A stretch of 64,000 nt of DNA from a virus. The stretch is from positions 15,088 to 79,087 of the IMG/VR virus record IMGVR_UViG_3300044734_000006; one strand, written 5' to 3'. Position numbers and translations under genes: made by a program. Positions 38,340-48,208 of this stretch are shown here, one piece after another. Position 1 is the stretch's first letter; each line of letters opens with the position of its first letter. A model generated the notes under the pieces. It was not told the origin of the DNA. It did not search any database and worked only from the letters and a program-made list of their open reading frames with translations.

Positions 38340-38798
38340 CTAGCTACCGAGCCTGACGTGGCGACGTTTGGCATGCGGATGGGGCCAGTGCCGGCGAACC
38401 TCTGCCCACCCTGCGTCGGTGAGTGCGTACCAATCTAGCATCTGGCCATCGCTAGACCACGGACCATGGAAGTCCAGCCAACCACGCTTCGCAAACTCTG
38501 CGAGGAGCGAGTGGGCGGTACGTTGTGGGATACCCATGTCATGGCTGAGGTTGTCGGCGCTGGTGGCACGTCTCGCGGAGAGCAGTAGCAGCACGTTCAC
38601 GCGCAGGGTGGTCGGACGTAGTCGCCAGAGACGCACTCTCATCGTTGGCTGTCGGTTCTCGGCTTCTGAGCGGACCGGTACTGCTCCACGGCCGTGTCTC
38701 CACCGTCCCAGCATGCGAAGCACCAGAACTGCGGCGGTGTCGTCCAGACGATAGCGGCTGCGGTGGACCGCTGTACGGGCGTCCCGCAGGTAGCGCAC
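38340..38798 (-). CDS. Winged-helix (PadR/MarR-like) regulator
   Basis: LSHDMGIPQRTAHSLLAEFAKRGWL...YALTDAG; start uncertain. Confidence 0.7.
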   Translation of the reverse strand: MRYLRDARTAVHRSRYRLDDTAAVLVLRMLGRWRHGRGAVPVRSEAENRQPTMRVRLWRLRPTTLRVNVLLLLSARRATSADNLSHDMGIPQRTAHSLLAEFAKRGWLDFHGPWSSDGQMLDWYALTDAGWAEVRRHWPHPHAKRRHVRLGS

Positions 38799-38802
38799 TT
38801 AC

Positions 38803-40758
38803 TCATCGGCGTGGTATCCAGCCGTCACAGATGGCGGCAAGGCGTTCCTGCCAAGCGGCGAACTCGGTGGACACGCGGACATAGTCAGCCAGCTCTGTGT
38901 CCGTGAACTCGCAGCACGGTTGTGTCTTGCAGTAGCCGTCCTCGAACAGCGTGTAGAACGGGTACAGTTCGGTCACGTCGACGCACCGCTCAGCCATATC
39001 AGCGTCCCCACATCTTGCGGTAGAGATGGTGGCGCTGGCCTTTCGTTAGGGTCAGCCAGAGCCACAGACGGCGACGGCGGGAGGGAGGCGGGCGTAGCAG
39101 CGCGATGAGCCCGAGTGCCTCCCACGTCCTGTCCATCTCTGCGACCACCTCGGAGGCGTAGCCGGTCTGCTCCACGGGGGTACGCACACTCGTCGCCGCT
39201 GCGTCCAGCATGAGTAGCGACGGGAACCCGCGCGTGGCCTCTGCGACGGCCCGCATGCGCTCGGCGGCTTCGCTGGACGTGATGGCCCATACGTCCGGAT
39301 GCGGCAGGCGGAATCGGTCGTCCGTGGTCATTTTGTTGACTCCGTCTTGGTACGCTTACGGCGTGGCTTGCGCGGGGGTGGCAGAAAATCTAATGCGACG
39401 TCCAGCGCCACCTTCGCTGTGATGAGGTCGTCCCGTGCGAGTGCCGCCCGCGCCTCAATTGCGGCTTGCGTGACGTCAACTAGCCAGCCGCACGCCTCTT
39501 TGTCCACCTCGTACTTAGAGGAGCCCGCCACGAACTCCTCTGCCACTGCCAGCCGCTCCTCTGCCGTGGTGGCAGAGTCGAAGGTACGCGGGGTGTATTC
39601 GACGTCAGTCTCGTCAGCGATCGTCTCGTCGTCACCCATACTCGGACTCATCTACGCAGTCCTCCCGTCCCCGGCATTCGGCACAGGGCGATGCGATGCC
39701 TCCATGATCGTGCGCACCGCATCGACCATATCGTCCCTCACGAGTTCGTCGAGGGGACGGATGAGGACATCGACCATGTCCACGTCGTGCCGGATGACAC
39801 CAGCCAAGAGGAGGGCACGGAGGGCATCACGGTGGCCGAACTCATCGCCGTGAAGGTGTGGCGACGGAAGGTCGCAGTCGGGTCGCTGACAGTCGCTCAT
39901 CGCCGTCCGCACTCCCCGCAGGGCTCAGGACGTGGCGGTAGCAGGATCGGGTCACCCGTTTGCTCCACATAGACATCAAGGGACCGCAGGGCCTGAGCCA
40001 GTGGCGTATCGTCGCGCTCGCGGACAGTGATCTCCCGTGCTGCGTGGATGACCCTAGCCATTCGCGTATAGAGATCGGGGTCTGCCCCCATCTGGGCGAT
40101 GGCGTCGCGCCAGCCTTCCTCCCTCGCCTCTATGACCATGTGCGCTATCTGCTCAGTGATGCTCATACGTAGCCTCCGTGTGTGGGTACTGGGTGGTTCT
40201 CATGCCGAGGATCGCTGGGAGGGAGCACGCACCATCCGGGCATGCAGTCGGCGTGGGGATCGGAATCTGGTGCAGCCAACCTACCGTCCATGATGGCCTT
40301 GGCGACGGCGTGTGCCGCAGCTGTGACATTCTGAACCCATCGGCCCCAGTCCTCAGCGTCCCACGACGGGCTACCAGCCACAAGGTCATCCCACTCGCAC
40401 TGAGCGCTGTCGCTTGCCTTGACGAACTCGTCGAGTTGGTGGCCTGCGGCGTCGAGGTACGGTGGGTCGCGCAGGATCTCGTTCATGCTGGGTCTCCTTG
40501 GTGGTTGCGCCGATGTGCTGCCGATGGGCCGTGGTACTGGCGTGTGTATGCGAGGACACCGGGGTACAACTCTTCAAGCGCCGCTACTAATTCCCGGATA
40601 CGGTCTGCGGGAACCAACATGCTGCCTTGCGCACGCTGTAGGCGACGTTCGTCGACATGCGCCGCCAAGTCTGACGCCGCGAGTGCAAGACGCTTCACTC
40701 GTACGGGCTTCGGCGAGTTAGGCGGAAGGCCCTCCTCTGAGTACGCCAAGTCGATCAT
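38803..40758 (-). other. Run of about 7 small coupled hypothetical genes
   Basis: 38803-38997, 38999-39331, 39328-39651, 39652-about 39900, 39897-40166, 40163-40486, 40483-about 40758; abutting or ATGA-coupled. Confidence 0.6.
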
Positions 40759-41003
40759 CCCGCGCCTCCCTTCAGTCGATATGCTGCTTTCCGGCACGTC
40801 GCCGAGCAGAACCGCTTTGTGCTCCGCTCCCCTGCCATCGGCTGACGGCACTGCTCGCAGACTTGGACGAGGTTGAGCGCGTCGAGGTCGATCGCCAACT
40901 CCGCGACGAGGTGGGAGCCGTCTATCCGCAGGCTGGTGACCTTCACGGAAAGCTCGGTCACGACTGCGGATGCGAGCAGGGACGGATTGCGCCGATACTC
41001 CAT
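40755..41003 (-). CDS. CGNR-type Zn-finger protein
   Basis: CEQC...KRFCSATCRKAAYR. Confidence 0.7.
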   Translation of the reverse strand: MEYRRNPSLLASAVVTELSVKVTSLRIDGSHLVAELAIDLDALNLVQVCEQCRQPMAGERSTKRFCSATCRKAAYRLKGGAG

Positions 41004-41274
41004 CCCTGACCATCTTCACACTCGATGACAAGCCAGCAGCACCGACAACTCCGACAGATGTAGCCAGCAGCACTGAGCAACGAGAAGCGGGATGACCCCG
41101 AGACTTTGCCGACCCAAGCCTGTCCGGGTGTGTGGCCAGCGCGTCGCATCCTGCCCATGAGTGCTGCACGGGCTGCATCAATGGACGAGGCGTGGGTCAC
41201 GGTCTCAGGCTGAGCCGCGTAGGGTCGGCTGCCCTCAGTCCGCAGGGAGGTGATCCGCGCTCCGGTGAGATCGG

Positions 41275-41676
41275 TCATCGAGATTCGCGCACCGACCGAC
41301 GAACATCGTCGATCCATGGGCGAGTTTTCCACGCCAGCCATCCGTGGGTGAACCCGTAGATAACGTCGCGGACGAACAGTTCGGCCCCCTCCTGCGTCTC
41401 CACCCACTTGCGCAGGCAGTTGAGCGAGAACGATGAGTGAAAGCCGCCTGCACCTTCGACGCCGATCCTGACGGCAGCGCCAGCGGTTCCATGCGGCGTT
41501 GTGACACCCGGCTCCAGCGTGACAATGGTCCCATCTGGTGTCTCACGTCGTACGCGGTTCGCCAGCCCCATCATCCACTCGTCGAGCCAGTCCTCAGGAT
41601 GCTCGCCGACCACCTTGATGCCGTTGGTGACAGTCTCTGTCCGTGTGGTCTCGGAGGTTCGTGTCGGTGTGTCCAT
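41275..41676 (-). CDS. Leaderless hypothetical protein
   Basis: ATG 6 nt after TGG-TATACT; operator CCACGCTA-n7-TAGCGTGG at 41689-41711. Confidence 0.75.
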   Translation of the reverse strand: MDTPTRTSETTRTETVTNGIKVVGEHPEDWLDEWMMGLANRVRRETPDGTIVTLEPGVTTPHGTAGAAVRIGVEGAGGFHSSFSLNCLRKWVETQEGAELFVRDVIYGFTHGWLAWKTRPWIDDVRRSVRESR

Positions 41677-41760
41677 GCCAGTAGTATACCACGCTAGCCG
41701 CCGTAGCGTGGCAACCCATCACGGCAACCTGCGTCGGGTGTCGCCAGACTGGATACTCGC

Positions 41761-42060
41761 TCAGGGCGAGGGCGACGGGCTCGGGCTGGGCGGCGCTGAG
41801 GGCCGTGGCTGCCGCTGTGCGTGGGGTCGGGCTGGGTGCTGGCCTGCGGGGCGGTACGGGGCGCTTGTAGCCCGCTGGCGTGGCCATCCACCGTTCGGCG
41901 CGGGTCGGCTGCTCGAGGACGGCGAGCCTGTCCCGCCTCCGTGTCCTGCCGGCGACTCTGAGCAGGGCGGGGTGCAGGCTCGGGCCAGCTGCGTACCTGT
42001 GATGGGGATCAGGACGGCTGCGGCGGTAGCGAGAGCCACCAGGGTGCTGCGTGGGTGCAT
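41761..42060 (-). CDS. Small secreted Pro/Ser-rich protein
   Basis: SD GGAGG; signal peptide ending ARA; PSPSPSP tail. Confidence 0.6.
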   Translation of the reverse strand: MHPRSTLVALATAAAVLIPITGTQLARACTPPCSESPAGHGGGTGSPSSSSRPAPNGGWPRQRATSAPYRPAGQHPARPHAQRQPRPSAPPSPSPSPSP

Positions 42061-42109
42061 GTCGGTCGCCTCCGTGCGTGGGCTGCGCACGTATGACGAT
42101 CCGAGGCAC

Positions 42110-42475
42110 GAGAATCCTGCTAGCGTCACACGGTTTTCGCGCGGCGGGTTTTTCCGCTTAGGGTGCCTCTCAACCACGCGCGTGCCCTTACCACGTCTCC
42201 AGTGGTGCATCCGCTGCGCTCAGCCCGTGCCACGTCTGCCTCCGACCCTCGGCCTGCGCTCCCATGGCCAGCCCTACGCGCCGCCGGTCGCCCTCAGTCT
42301 TACCGTGAGCGCTCTCTGCGTTCGCATGCTCACTACGAACAAGTGGAATCCGCCACGGGCGTGCTAACGCCCCCCCAACGCCCCCCCGCTCAAGTCGGGT
42401 GGTGTGGGTTTGCAACGTCCTCACTTGGGGCTCGAAGCCGGTCGGTTTCCCTCCAGCCCCGCCCCAAGCTGTGAG
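42110..42475 (-). ncRNA. Candidate large structured RNA
   Basis: About 370-nt gap with many stems, including a long hairpin capped by a GAAA tetraloop (42420-42475). Confidence 0.4.
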
Positions 42476-42858
42476 CTAGGGTTCGCGGACCCTGCGGTCT
42501 TTGGGCGATTCGATGCGGAGGAGGTGTGGTCGGCACGCCCTGGTGCCCGACCTCAGCCGCACGCGATCACCCGGAGTAGGGACGGATCGCTCGACCGGGT
42601 TTCTCTCCTCGGGAGCGAGCGACCCGCGCTGGTCGAAGGGGCAGTTGCAGGAGCCGCAGAGCACGACGTTCACCGGACCTCCCCTGTCCGCACCATCGAC
42701 ATGTGGTACCTCATGCGGGTACGATGAGCCCGCAAGGCGGCGGCTAGAACGGTCAGCGCCGTTCCCTCGGGTAGTAGCCGAGGTGTTGGGAGCAAGTATC
42801 GCTCACGCTGGCCGCCCCTTGCAACCACCGCCGCAGCCAACGTGTGTATACTGCGTGC

Positions 42859-43083
42859 ATGAACACACCCCCACCGTGGCGCATCCCCAAGCCGAGGCCG
42901 CCAGCTCGCGAAAGTCGGCTTCGAGCGAACATCTACATGCCCGCCCCACTGGTGGAACGACTAGACCGTCTCCGGGAGCAAGGTGTCGAGATCGCGGTAA
43001 GCCGGGTGTGCCAAGACGCTCTGTGGGAAGCCTGCAACGTCGCGGAAGAGGACGCCAAGCGGCGCAGGCGGCGTAGCACATGA
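42859..43083 (+). CDS. RHH (CcdA-like) regulator, leaderless
   Basis: RANIYMPAPLVERLDRLREQGVEIAVSRVCQDAL; ATG 6 nt after TATACT. Confidence 0.7.
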   Translation: MNTPPPWRIPKPRPPARESRLRANIYMPAPLVERLDRLREQGVEIAVSRVCQDALWEACNVAEEDAKRRRRRST

Positions 43084-43766
43084 CCGCCTTGCGTGAGTTT
43101 CGCGATCCCATGGGACCGGTGCGTCACGTCCTCCCCCACGACATGGTCCGTGGGATAAGGGGGCGCATCCTCCGCGACATGGTGGCTGAACTTCCGGACA
43201 CCTCGCAGTACACGCCACAGTTCGTTCACTACGAGGCGCTTCGCCCGCGAGCGGTCAGGTGGAAGACGGAGCGTCCGACAGTGATGGTTGAGGAGGAGGA
43301 CGCCGAGTTGGTGCAGGCTTGCCTGTGCCCGAACTGTCACGTTGATCTCGTACCCGATGGCCTCCTTGCGAGCAGCACACGGAGGAAATACGGTCCATGG
43401 ATGGCTTGTCCAGAGTGTCAGTGGGTCTTTCGCGTGGTGATCCCGCAGGCACTACGGCCGCCGCCGGAACCGCCAGAGATAACGCCTCGGCGCGATCCTG
43501 TGAGTGTGGCACGGGCGAAGGCGGTCGAACTTGAGTGGCTCTGCCCGTACTGCCTGACGACGATGGTGGAGGTCATCCCCGTAGGGAAGTACAGGGAATA
43601 CAAGAGCCGCGTGCTGACGGCTGACCACATCGTTCCTCGCAGCCGTGGTGGGACGAACTCCCCCGAGAACATCAGTCCGTCATGCCGAACCTGCAACCAC
43701 GATAAGGCGAGCCTTCTGCTCTCGGAGTGGCGCAGCCCACGGCGCTGGTGGAATCCGCCGAGATAG
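43080..43766 (+). CDS. HNH endonuclease with Zn-ribbon
   Basis: CPYC...TADHIVPRSRGGTNSPENISPSCRTCNHDK. Confidence 0.88.
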   Translation: MTALREFRDPMGPVRHVLPHDMVRGIRGRILRDMVAELPDTSQYTPQFVHYEALRPRAVRWKTERPTVMVEEEDAELVQACLCPNCHVDLVPDGLLASSTRRKYGPWMACPECQWVFRVVIPQALRPPPEPPEITPRRDPVSVARAKAVELEWLCPYCLTTMVEVIPVGKYREYKSRVLTADHIVPRSRGGTNSPENISPSCRTCNHDKASLLLSEWRSPRRWWNPPR

Positions 43767-43795
43767 CAACCAGCGCGGGTGTACGATGGTTGCCG

Positions 43796-43910
43796 AGCGG
43801 GCCGGGCCACCCCACACTCGCATGCGCAGACAGGCCCCTCCGAACCTCCAGGTCGGAGCGCTGAGGGCTGAGCCGGTCTGAGGGATCGGCGGTAACTCTC
43901 GCGGCCCGCT
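43796..43910 (+). ncRNA. Candidate sRNA, about 115 nt
   Basis: TACGAT 8 nt upstream; 9-bp closing stem AGCGGGCCG/CGGCCCGCT enclosing two hairpins; pyrimidine tail. Confidence 0.45.
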
Positions 43911-44045
43911 TCTCTCCTTGGTCCCCAGTATCCAAAGGATACGGCTGGAGCCAACCTACGGGGATGCGGCGTCCACGGCTGCGACGGCCTTCGCCGCGCT
44001 GATGCCCTGCACGGAACTAGATCGTACCGCAGTCGGTGGGCTGGG

Positions 44046-44369
44046 CTAGAGAGCGGCCTCGCGGAGCAATCGCCACTCGCAGTCAGGCTCATGGTCAGCC
44101 AGCGTGGCCGGATCGCTCTTGTGGCAGTAGGCGCACCAGTTGAACTCGATCGCCTCGACCATGGGCGCGTCTAGGTTGCGGACCGTGGCGACCAGCGCCT
44201 CCAGCAGTGCCATCCTCTCGGCATCCGGCCACGGCGCGATCTCATCGTTGGCCGTCCATTCCTCGTCGCCACCGATCAGAGCGATGTGACCACCGATGTG
44301 AGCGTCGGCGCATAGCCGCAAGTACGCCGCCCGCACAGCCACCACGTTCCCCGGCTTGTAGCCGCTCAT
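44046..44369 (-). CDS. Hypothetical protein
   Basis: ATGA coupling; C-terminal CAYC..H..DC. Confidence 0.65.
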   Translation of the reverse strand: MSGYKPGNVVAVRAAYLRLCADAHIGGHIALIGGDEEWTANDEIAPWPDAERMALLEALVATVRNLDAPMVEAIEFNWCAYCHKSDPATLADHEPDCEWRLLREAAL

Positions 44370-44566
44370 GGCTGGGCATGGTAGCGCGGATCGATCTCAG
44401 CCTTGCGTCGCCGTAGGTCCATGATTCCGCATGCCTTGGAGCAGAACAGAGCGTCAGAGCGCTTCGGCAGGAACCATACTCCGCAGCGAGGGTTGTGGCA
44501 CTGCGTGAGGCCGTCTGGCAAGGCTCGGACGATGACGCGTGACGCGGTCTTGCGTGTTCCGCTCAC
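44366..44566 (-). CDS. CGNR-type Zn-finger protein
   Basis: DGLTQCHNPRCGVWF..FCSKAC; GTGA overlap. Confidence 0.7.
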   Translation of the reverse strand: MSGTRKTASRVIVRALPDGLTQCHNPRCGVWFLPKRSDALFCSKACGIMDLRRRKAEIDPRYHAQP

Positions 44567-45498
44567 CGAGTGCTCGCAGTATGCAGGCGGTAGTCCTTCT
44601 CCACGCGGCCGTTCTGTGCGTCGCCTCGGGCATGCTGCGGTACCCAGAACTTGCCCTCCAGCTTCCCGAACAGGAGGCCACGTCCGTACTTGGGGCCGTA
44701 GTGATGGAAGGAGCCGCGAACGCTGGTGAGTGGTATGCCCCCGCTCTGGTTCCCTGCGCCCCCGCGGGTCGATCGTCCAACGGGGAACACGTTGAGCGTT
44801 TTCACGGTCACGCCTGCCGCGGCGAGGCGACGGCGCTCTGCACGCGGACGCTGAGGCTCTTCGAGTTCCACGTTGCGGCACGAGAGGAAGTTCAGGGTGC
44901 CGAGCAATACGAGCAACGTTCGGTCTTGGCTGATGACATAGTCGTCACCAAGATCAGGCAGGGTACGCCCCCACAGATATCCGCCTTGAATATTGGCGGG
45001 AGATCCGTCCTCGTAGATGTAGATTTCCCAACCGTGACACGGTCCCATGGTAGGGAGCGATGGGCCACTGAGCCATGCGATCGCATGCATGCTCCAACGC
45101 ACCCGGTCCCAGTCGATGGTTCCTGTGGGGTTCGATGGCAGGAAAGTGCGGCTCTTGGTGGGGCTCAGGGATCGCTCTATGGGCAAGGTGTCCGTGGCCT
45201 CCGAAGCAACCATGTGAAGCACACAGACGCAACCTTGTCGGTCCACGTAACCGATGGCTGCCTCGCCGAATGGTGGCGCGATGCACGGATAGTCCCCGTA
45301 AACTGTGGTCGCCCGAGCGGACTGTGGGATGGATCGGTAGATCTCGGTAGCGTCGATCACTGTTGGGGATGAGCCAGAGATCAACCGCAGGGCTCCCGCC
45401 GCAGAACCTTTCGTGTGCTCCGTTTCGGGAAGTTCGAGAAGACGAACGCGACCTGAGCGAAGATCGCTAACGACCTTGGCGATGGGTTCGGCGGTCAT
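44563..45498 (-). CDS. Leaderless hypothetical protein (311 aa)
   Basis: TTGCCG-18-TATCAT-6nt-ATG; C-terminal VRGSFHHY..FWVPQH. Confidence 0.75.
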   Translation of the reverse strand: MTAEPIAKVVSDLRSGRVRLLELPETEHTKGSAAGALRLISGSSPTVIDATEIYRSIPQSARATTVYGDYPCIAPPFGEAAIGYVDRQGCVCVLHMVASEATDTLPIERSLSPTKSRTFLPSNPTGTIDWDRVRWSMHAIAWLSGPSLPTMGPCHGWEIYIYEDGSPANIQGGYLWGRTLPDLGDDYVISQDRTLLVLLGTLNFLSCRNVELEEPQRPRAERRRLAAAGVTVKTLNVFPVGRSTRGGAGNQSGGIPLTSVRGSFHHYGPKYGRGLLFGKLEGKFWVPQHARGDAQNGRVEKDYRLHTASTR

Positions 45499-45684
45499 GC
45501 GAGCATGATACCGCACCCGAGTTGCGATCGGCAACATGCGGCGACGTGACCGCGGTGACCACCGCCTGACGCAGCGGGTAGGCGCGGGCAAACCCACAGG
45601 CACGGCGATCCTGCGCCCGTGGCGACCGATACCAAGACCACCGAGGCCGACGCACAGGTCGTAGAGCACGTCCACGCCGTCGAG

Positions 45685-46173
45685 CTACGTCTGCCTACTC
45701 CGTCGTCGAGCCTTGGCGCGGCAGATGCGGCACTGCCGGGCGCCTCGTGGGTCCACGTAGGTGGTCGCCTCGTTGAAGGGATGGCCATGGACGCACTGGG
45801 TCCTCTGGGAGTTCCAAGGTCGCTCCGGCGCCCGACGGGCGTTTTCCACCGCGGAGCACACGTCGAGGTGCTCTGGTCGGCAGCAGAGGGTGGTCCTGCA
45901 GAGGTGGTCCACGGTCATTCCTTCGGGGATCTGGCCGCGGAACAGTTCGTAGGCCAGACGGTGGATGTACATCCTTTTTCCGCCGTCGGTGATCACGCCG
46001 TAGACGTTCCGCCTTCCCTTCCTCACGTCCACGCTTCCGGTCCAACCCCAGCAGTCGTCTCCGATCACCAAGCTGATCACGAACCGTTCTATGAGTGGAC
46101 GCCTTTGGCCAGCATCAACGCGGCGCGGACTTATGGCTGGTAACACCGTGGACGACAAGGCTATCTCCCACAC
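45685..46173 (-). CDS. HNH homing endonuclease (start uncertain)
   Basis: CWGWTG, IHRLAYELFRGQIPEGMTVDHLC..CCRPEHL..EN, CVHGH..RQCRIC. Confidence 0.88.
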   Translation of the reverse strand: MWEIALSSTVLPAISPRRVDAGQRRPLIERFVISLVIGDDCWGWTGSVDVRKGRRNVYGVITDGGKRMYIHRLAYELFRGQIPEGMTVDHLCRTTLCCRPEHLDVCSAVENARRAPERPWNSQRTQCVHGHPFNEATTYVDPRGARQCRICRAKARRRSRQT

Positions 46174-47827
46174 TCACGTGAAGGCCGGTGGTGGCAAGTA
46201 TGACCACTCCCACGCAATCACGGGCACGAAGGCACACGGTCACGCCGTAGACGCGAAGGACAACGGCTCCACGACCGAACTCCTGCCCACCGTGGCGGCG
46301 ATGAGCGAGACCTCGCCCGGGGTGATGGCGCTGCGGTTCCCCCAGCAGGCCAAGCTCTCCGAAGGCGCGCCGATTGACTACATGTGCACGGGGGAATGGA
46401 CGTTCCCGGCGCTGAACGGCGGACGGCCGATCTCGGTGACACGCGACGACCTCGCCGACGTGAAGCGGCTGTGGGATGAGAACGCTTACGGCCAGCGCCT
46501 ACCGATCATCGATGAGACCCACGACAAGGACCGAGCCGTGGGCTGGATGAAGTCGCTGGACTGGCACCCGACCGATCCTGACCGTCTCGTGGCAGTCCCG
46601 GAGTGGAACGAAGGCACGAACAGGCTGGTCGCGGACGGCAGTTACGGCTACACGTCCCCCGTCCTGCTACTGAACTGGCGCGACCCGGTGTCCGGCACGG
46701 TGTACCCCGTCGTCCCCGGCGGGCTCGGACTGGATCCGAACGACCCCGAGGGCGACACCAGCGGACTAGCGCTGACGAACCACCCGAAGATCAAGAAGCT
46801 GTCCGCCAAGTTCGCAGCCTCCGAGAGCGGTGACACGCAGGCTGCACTGATCGCCTTTGGCGAGGCAGGCACGGTGTTCAGCGGCGTTGCGGCAGACACC
46901 GCCCGCGCACTGCTGGCCGAAGGTGATGGCGCGCCGATCGACTTCGCTTCGGCCGACGCCTCCGCGGACATGACCGATCTGCCGCCGTGCAGTTGGGCGC
47001 CGCCCTATGCCGAGTACAACCGCTGTCCGGGATACACGCGGGTGCTCGCAGATGGTGACGGCGACGCTCCCGGCGACATGCCCGGATGCTGCCGACTGGC
47101 GGCGCAGTGCAATGGCTACTCCCCGGTCCCGACGGGGACTGTTCCACCGTATCAGCGCTCCTACTACAGCGAGGGACACAGCATGGCCGACAACCCGGCC
47201 CAGCCGGCCGGAGTGCCGGCCGCCAATCCGTCTCCGGTACCCAACGCGCCGCAGACCGCCCCGCCCGCGGCCCCGCAGCCGCCTCCTGCACCACCGCCCC
47301 CTGCTCCGACACAGTCCGCCCAGCACTCCGCGGACATGGGGGAGATGCAGCGCATGCTCGCCGCAGAGACCCACCAGCGCGAGACGATGCAGACCGAGGT
47401 CGCACGGCTCGGCGAGGAGCTGAGGCGCCGCGATGAGGACGACAAGATCCGCGGCGTCGTGGTCCGGCTGTCCGAGCTCGCGAAGCGCTTTCCCCCAGCG
47501 GTGCTCGACAGCCTCGCCGGAGCCGCAAAGAACGGTGTTCGCGACCGCACCCGCCTGCTCAGGCTGAGCGAGCATCCGGTGGGGATCGAGGCGCTCGAGG
47601 CCATCCCCCAGGTGAAGGGTGGTGCGGTGTCGCTGAGCGAGATCGGCACTGGCGCAGAGGCCGACCCCGAGACCTCCTACTCGCGGCTGCGGAAGTTCGC
47701 CGAGGAGTTGCGGACGGCTGACCCGAGGCTCACCCGCGAGCAGGCGATGCTCAAGGCGAGCGAGGACCACCCTGACCTCGTCGCTGCGTACCGCGCCGAG
47801 AAGTATGTGCCCGGCGCGGCTGGCTGA
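46133..47827 (+). CDS. Capsid maturation protease plus scaffold (Mu I/Z-like)
   Basis: ETH..AVGW, YGYTSP, LALTNHP; Pro-rich linker and coiled coil; internal SD plus ATG at 47183. Confidence 0.85.
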   Translation: MAGNTVDDKAISHTHVKAGGGKYDHSHAITGTKAHGHAVDAKDNGSTTELLPTVAAMSETSPGVMALRFPQQAKLSEGAPIDYMCTGEWTFPALNGGRPISVTRDDLADVKRLWDENAYGQRLPIIDETHDKDRAVGWMKSLDWHPTDPDRLVAVPEWNEGTNRLVADGSYGYTSPVLLLNWRDPVSGTVYPVVPGGLGLDPNDPEGDTSGLALTNHPKIKKLSAKFAASESGDTQAALIAFGEAGTVFSGVAADTARALLAEGDGAPIDFASADASADMTDLPPCSWAPPYAEYNRCPGYTRVLADGDGDAPGDMPGCCRLAAQCNGYSPVPTGTVPPYQRSYYSEGHSMADNPAQPAGVPAANPSPVPNAPQTAPPAAPQPPPAPPPPAPTQSAQHSADMGEMQRMLAAETHQRETMQTEVARLGEELRRRDEDDKIRGVVVRLSELAKRFPPAVLDSLAGAAKNGVRDRTRLLRLSEHPVGIEALEAIPQVKGGAVSLSEIGTGAEADPETSYSRLRKFAEELRTADPRLTREQAMLKASEDHPDLVAAYRAEKYVPGAAG

Positions 47828-47838
47828 GGAGATAGGAC

Positions 47839-48207
47839 GTGGCGTACGATTTGCAAGGCGCAGGGGGGATCATGTCCCTCCTCGCCCTCGCGGACATGAC
47901 CGGGTCGCAGTACCTCGCCGTTGCGGGCGACGTGGCATCGGGAGCCGTGGTGGTGAACACCTCCGCAGGCAGCCGCTCGCTCGGCGTGTTGCAGAACAAC
48001 CCCCGCCTCGGACAGCCGTGTGCGATCTGGAGGGGGTCGAGCATCACGAAGTGGGTCGCGGGAGCCACCATCGCACAGTTCGCTGTGGTGACGACCGACA
48101 CCGCAGGAAAGGCCAAGACTGCCACTGGCGGTGACATCGTCCATGGGGTAGCGCTGGAAGCAGGCGTCACAGGCGCGCTCGTGACCGTGGCGCTGGGAGG
48201 CATCTGA
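47839..48207 (+). CDS. Head decoration/cement protein (DUF2190-like)
   Basis: GVLQN, AGATI, GVALEAG; position before the major capsid gene. Confidence 0.8.
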   Translation: MAYDLQGAGGIMSLLALADMTGSQYLAVAGDVASGAVVVNTSAGSRSLGVLQNNPRLGQPCAIWRGSSITKWVAGATIAQFAVVTTDTAGKAKTATGGDIVHGVALEAGVTGALVTVALGGI

Positions 48208-48208
48208 C

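Noticed and set aside
45580-45620. GGGCAAACC resembling a c-di-GMP-I riboswitch
   Set aside because: The GAAA-capped P2 and GACGCAAAGC elements are missing.
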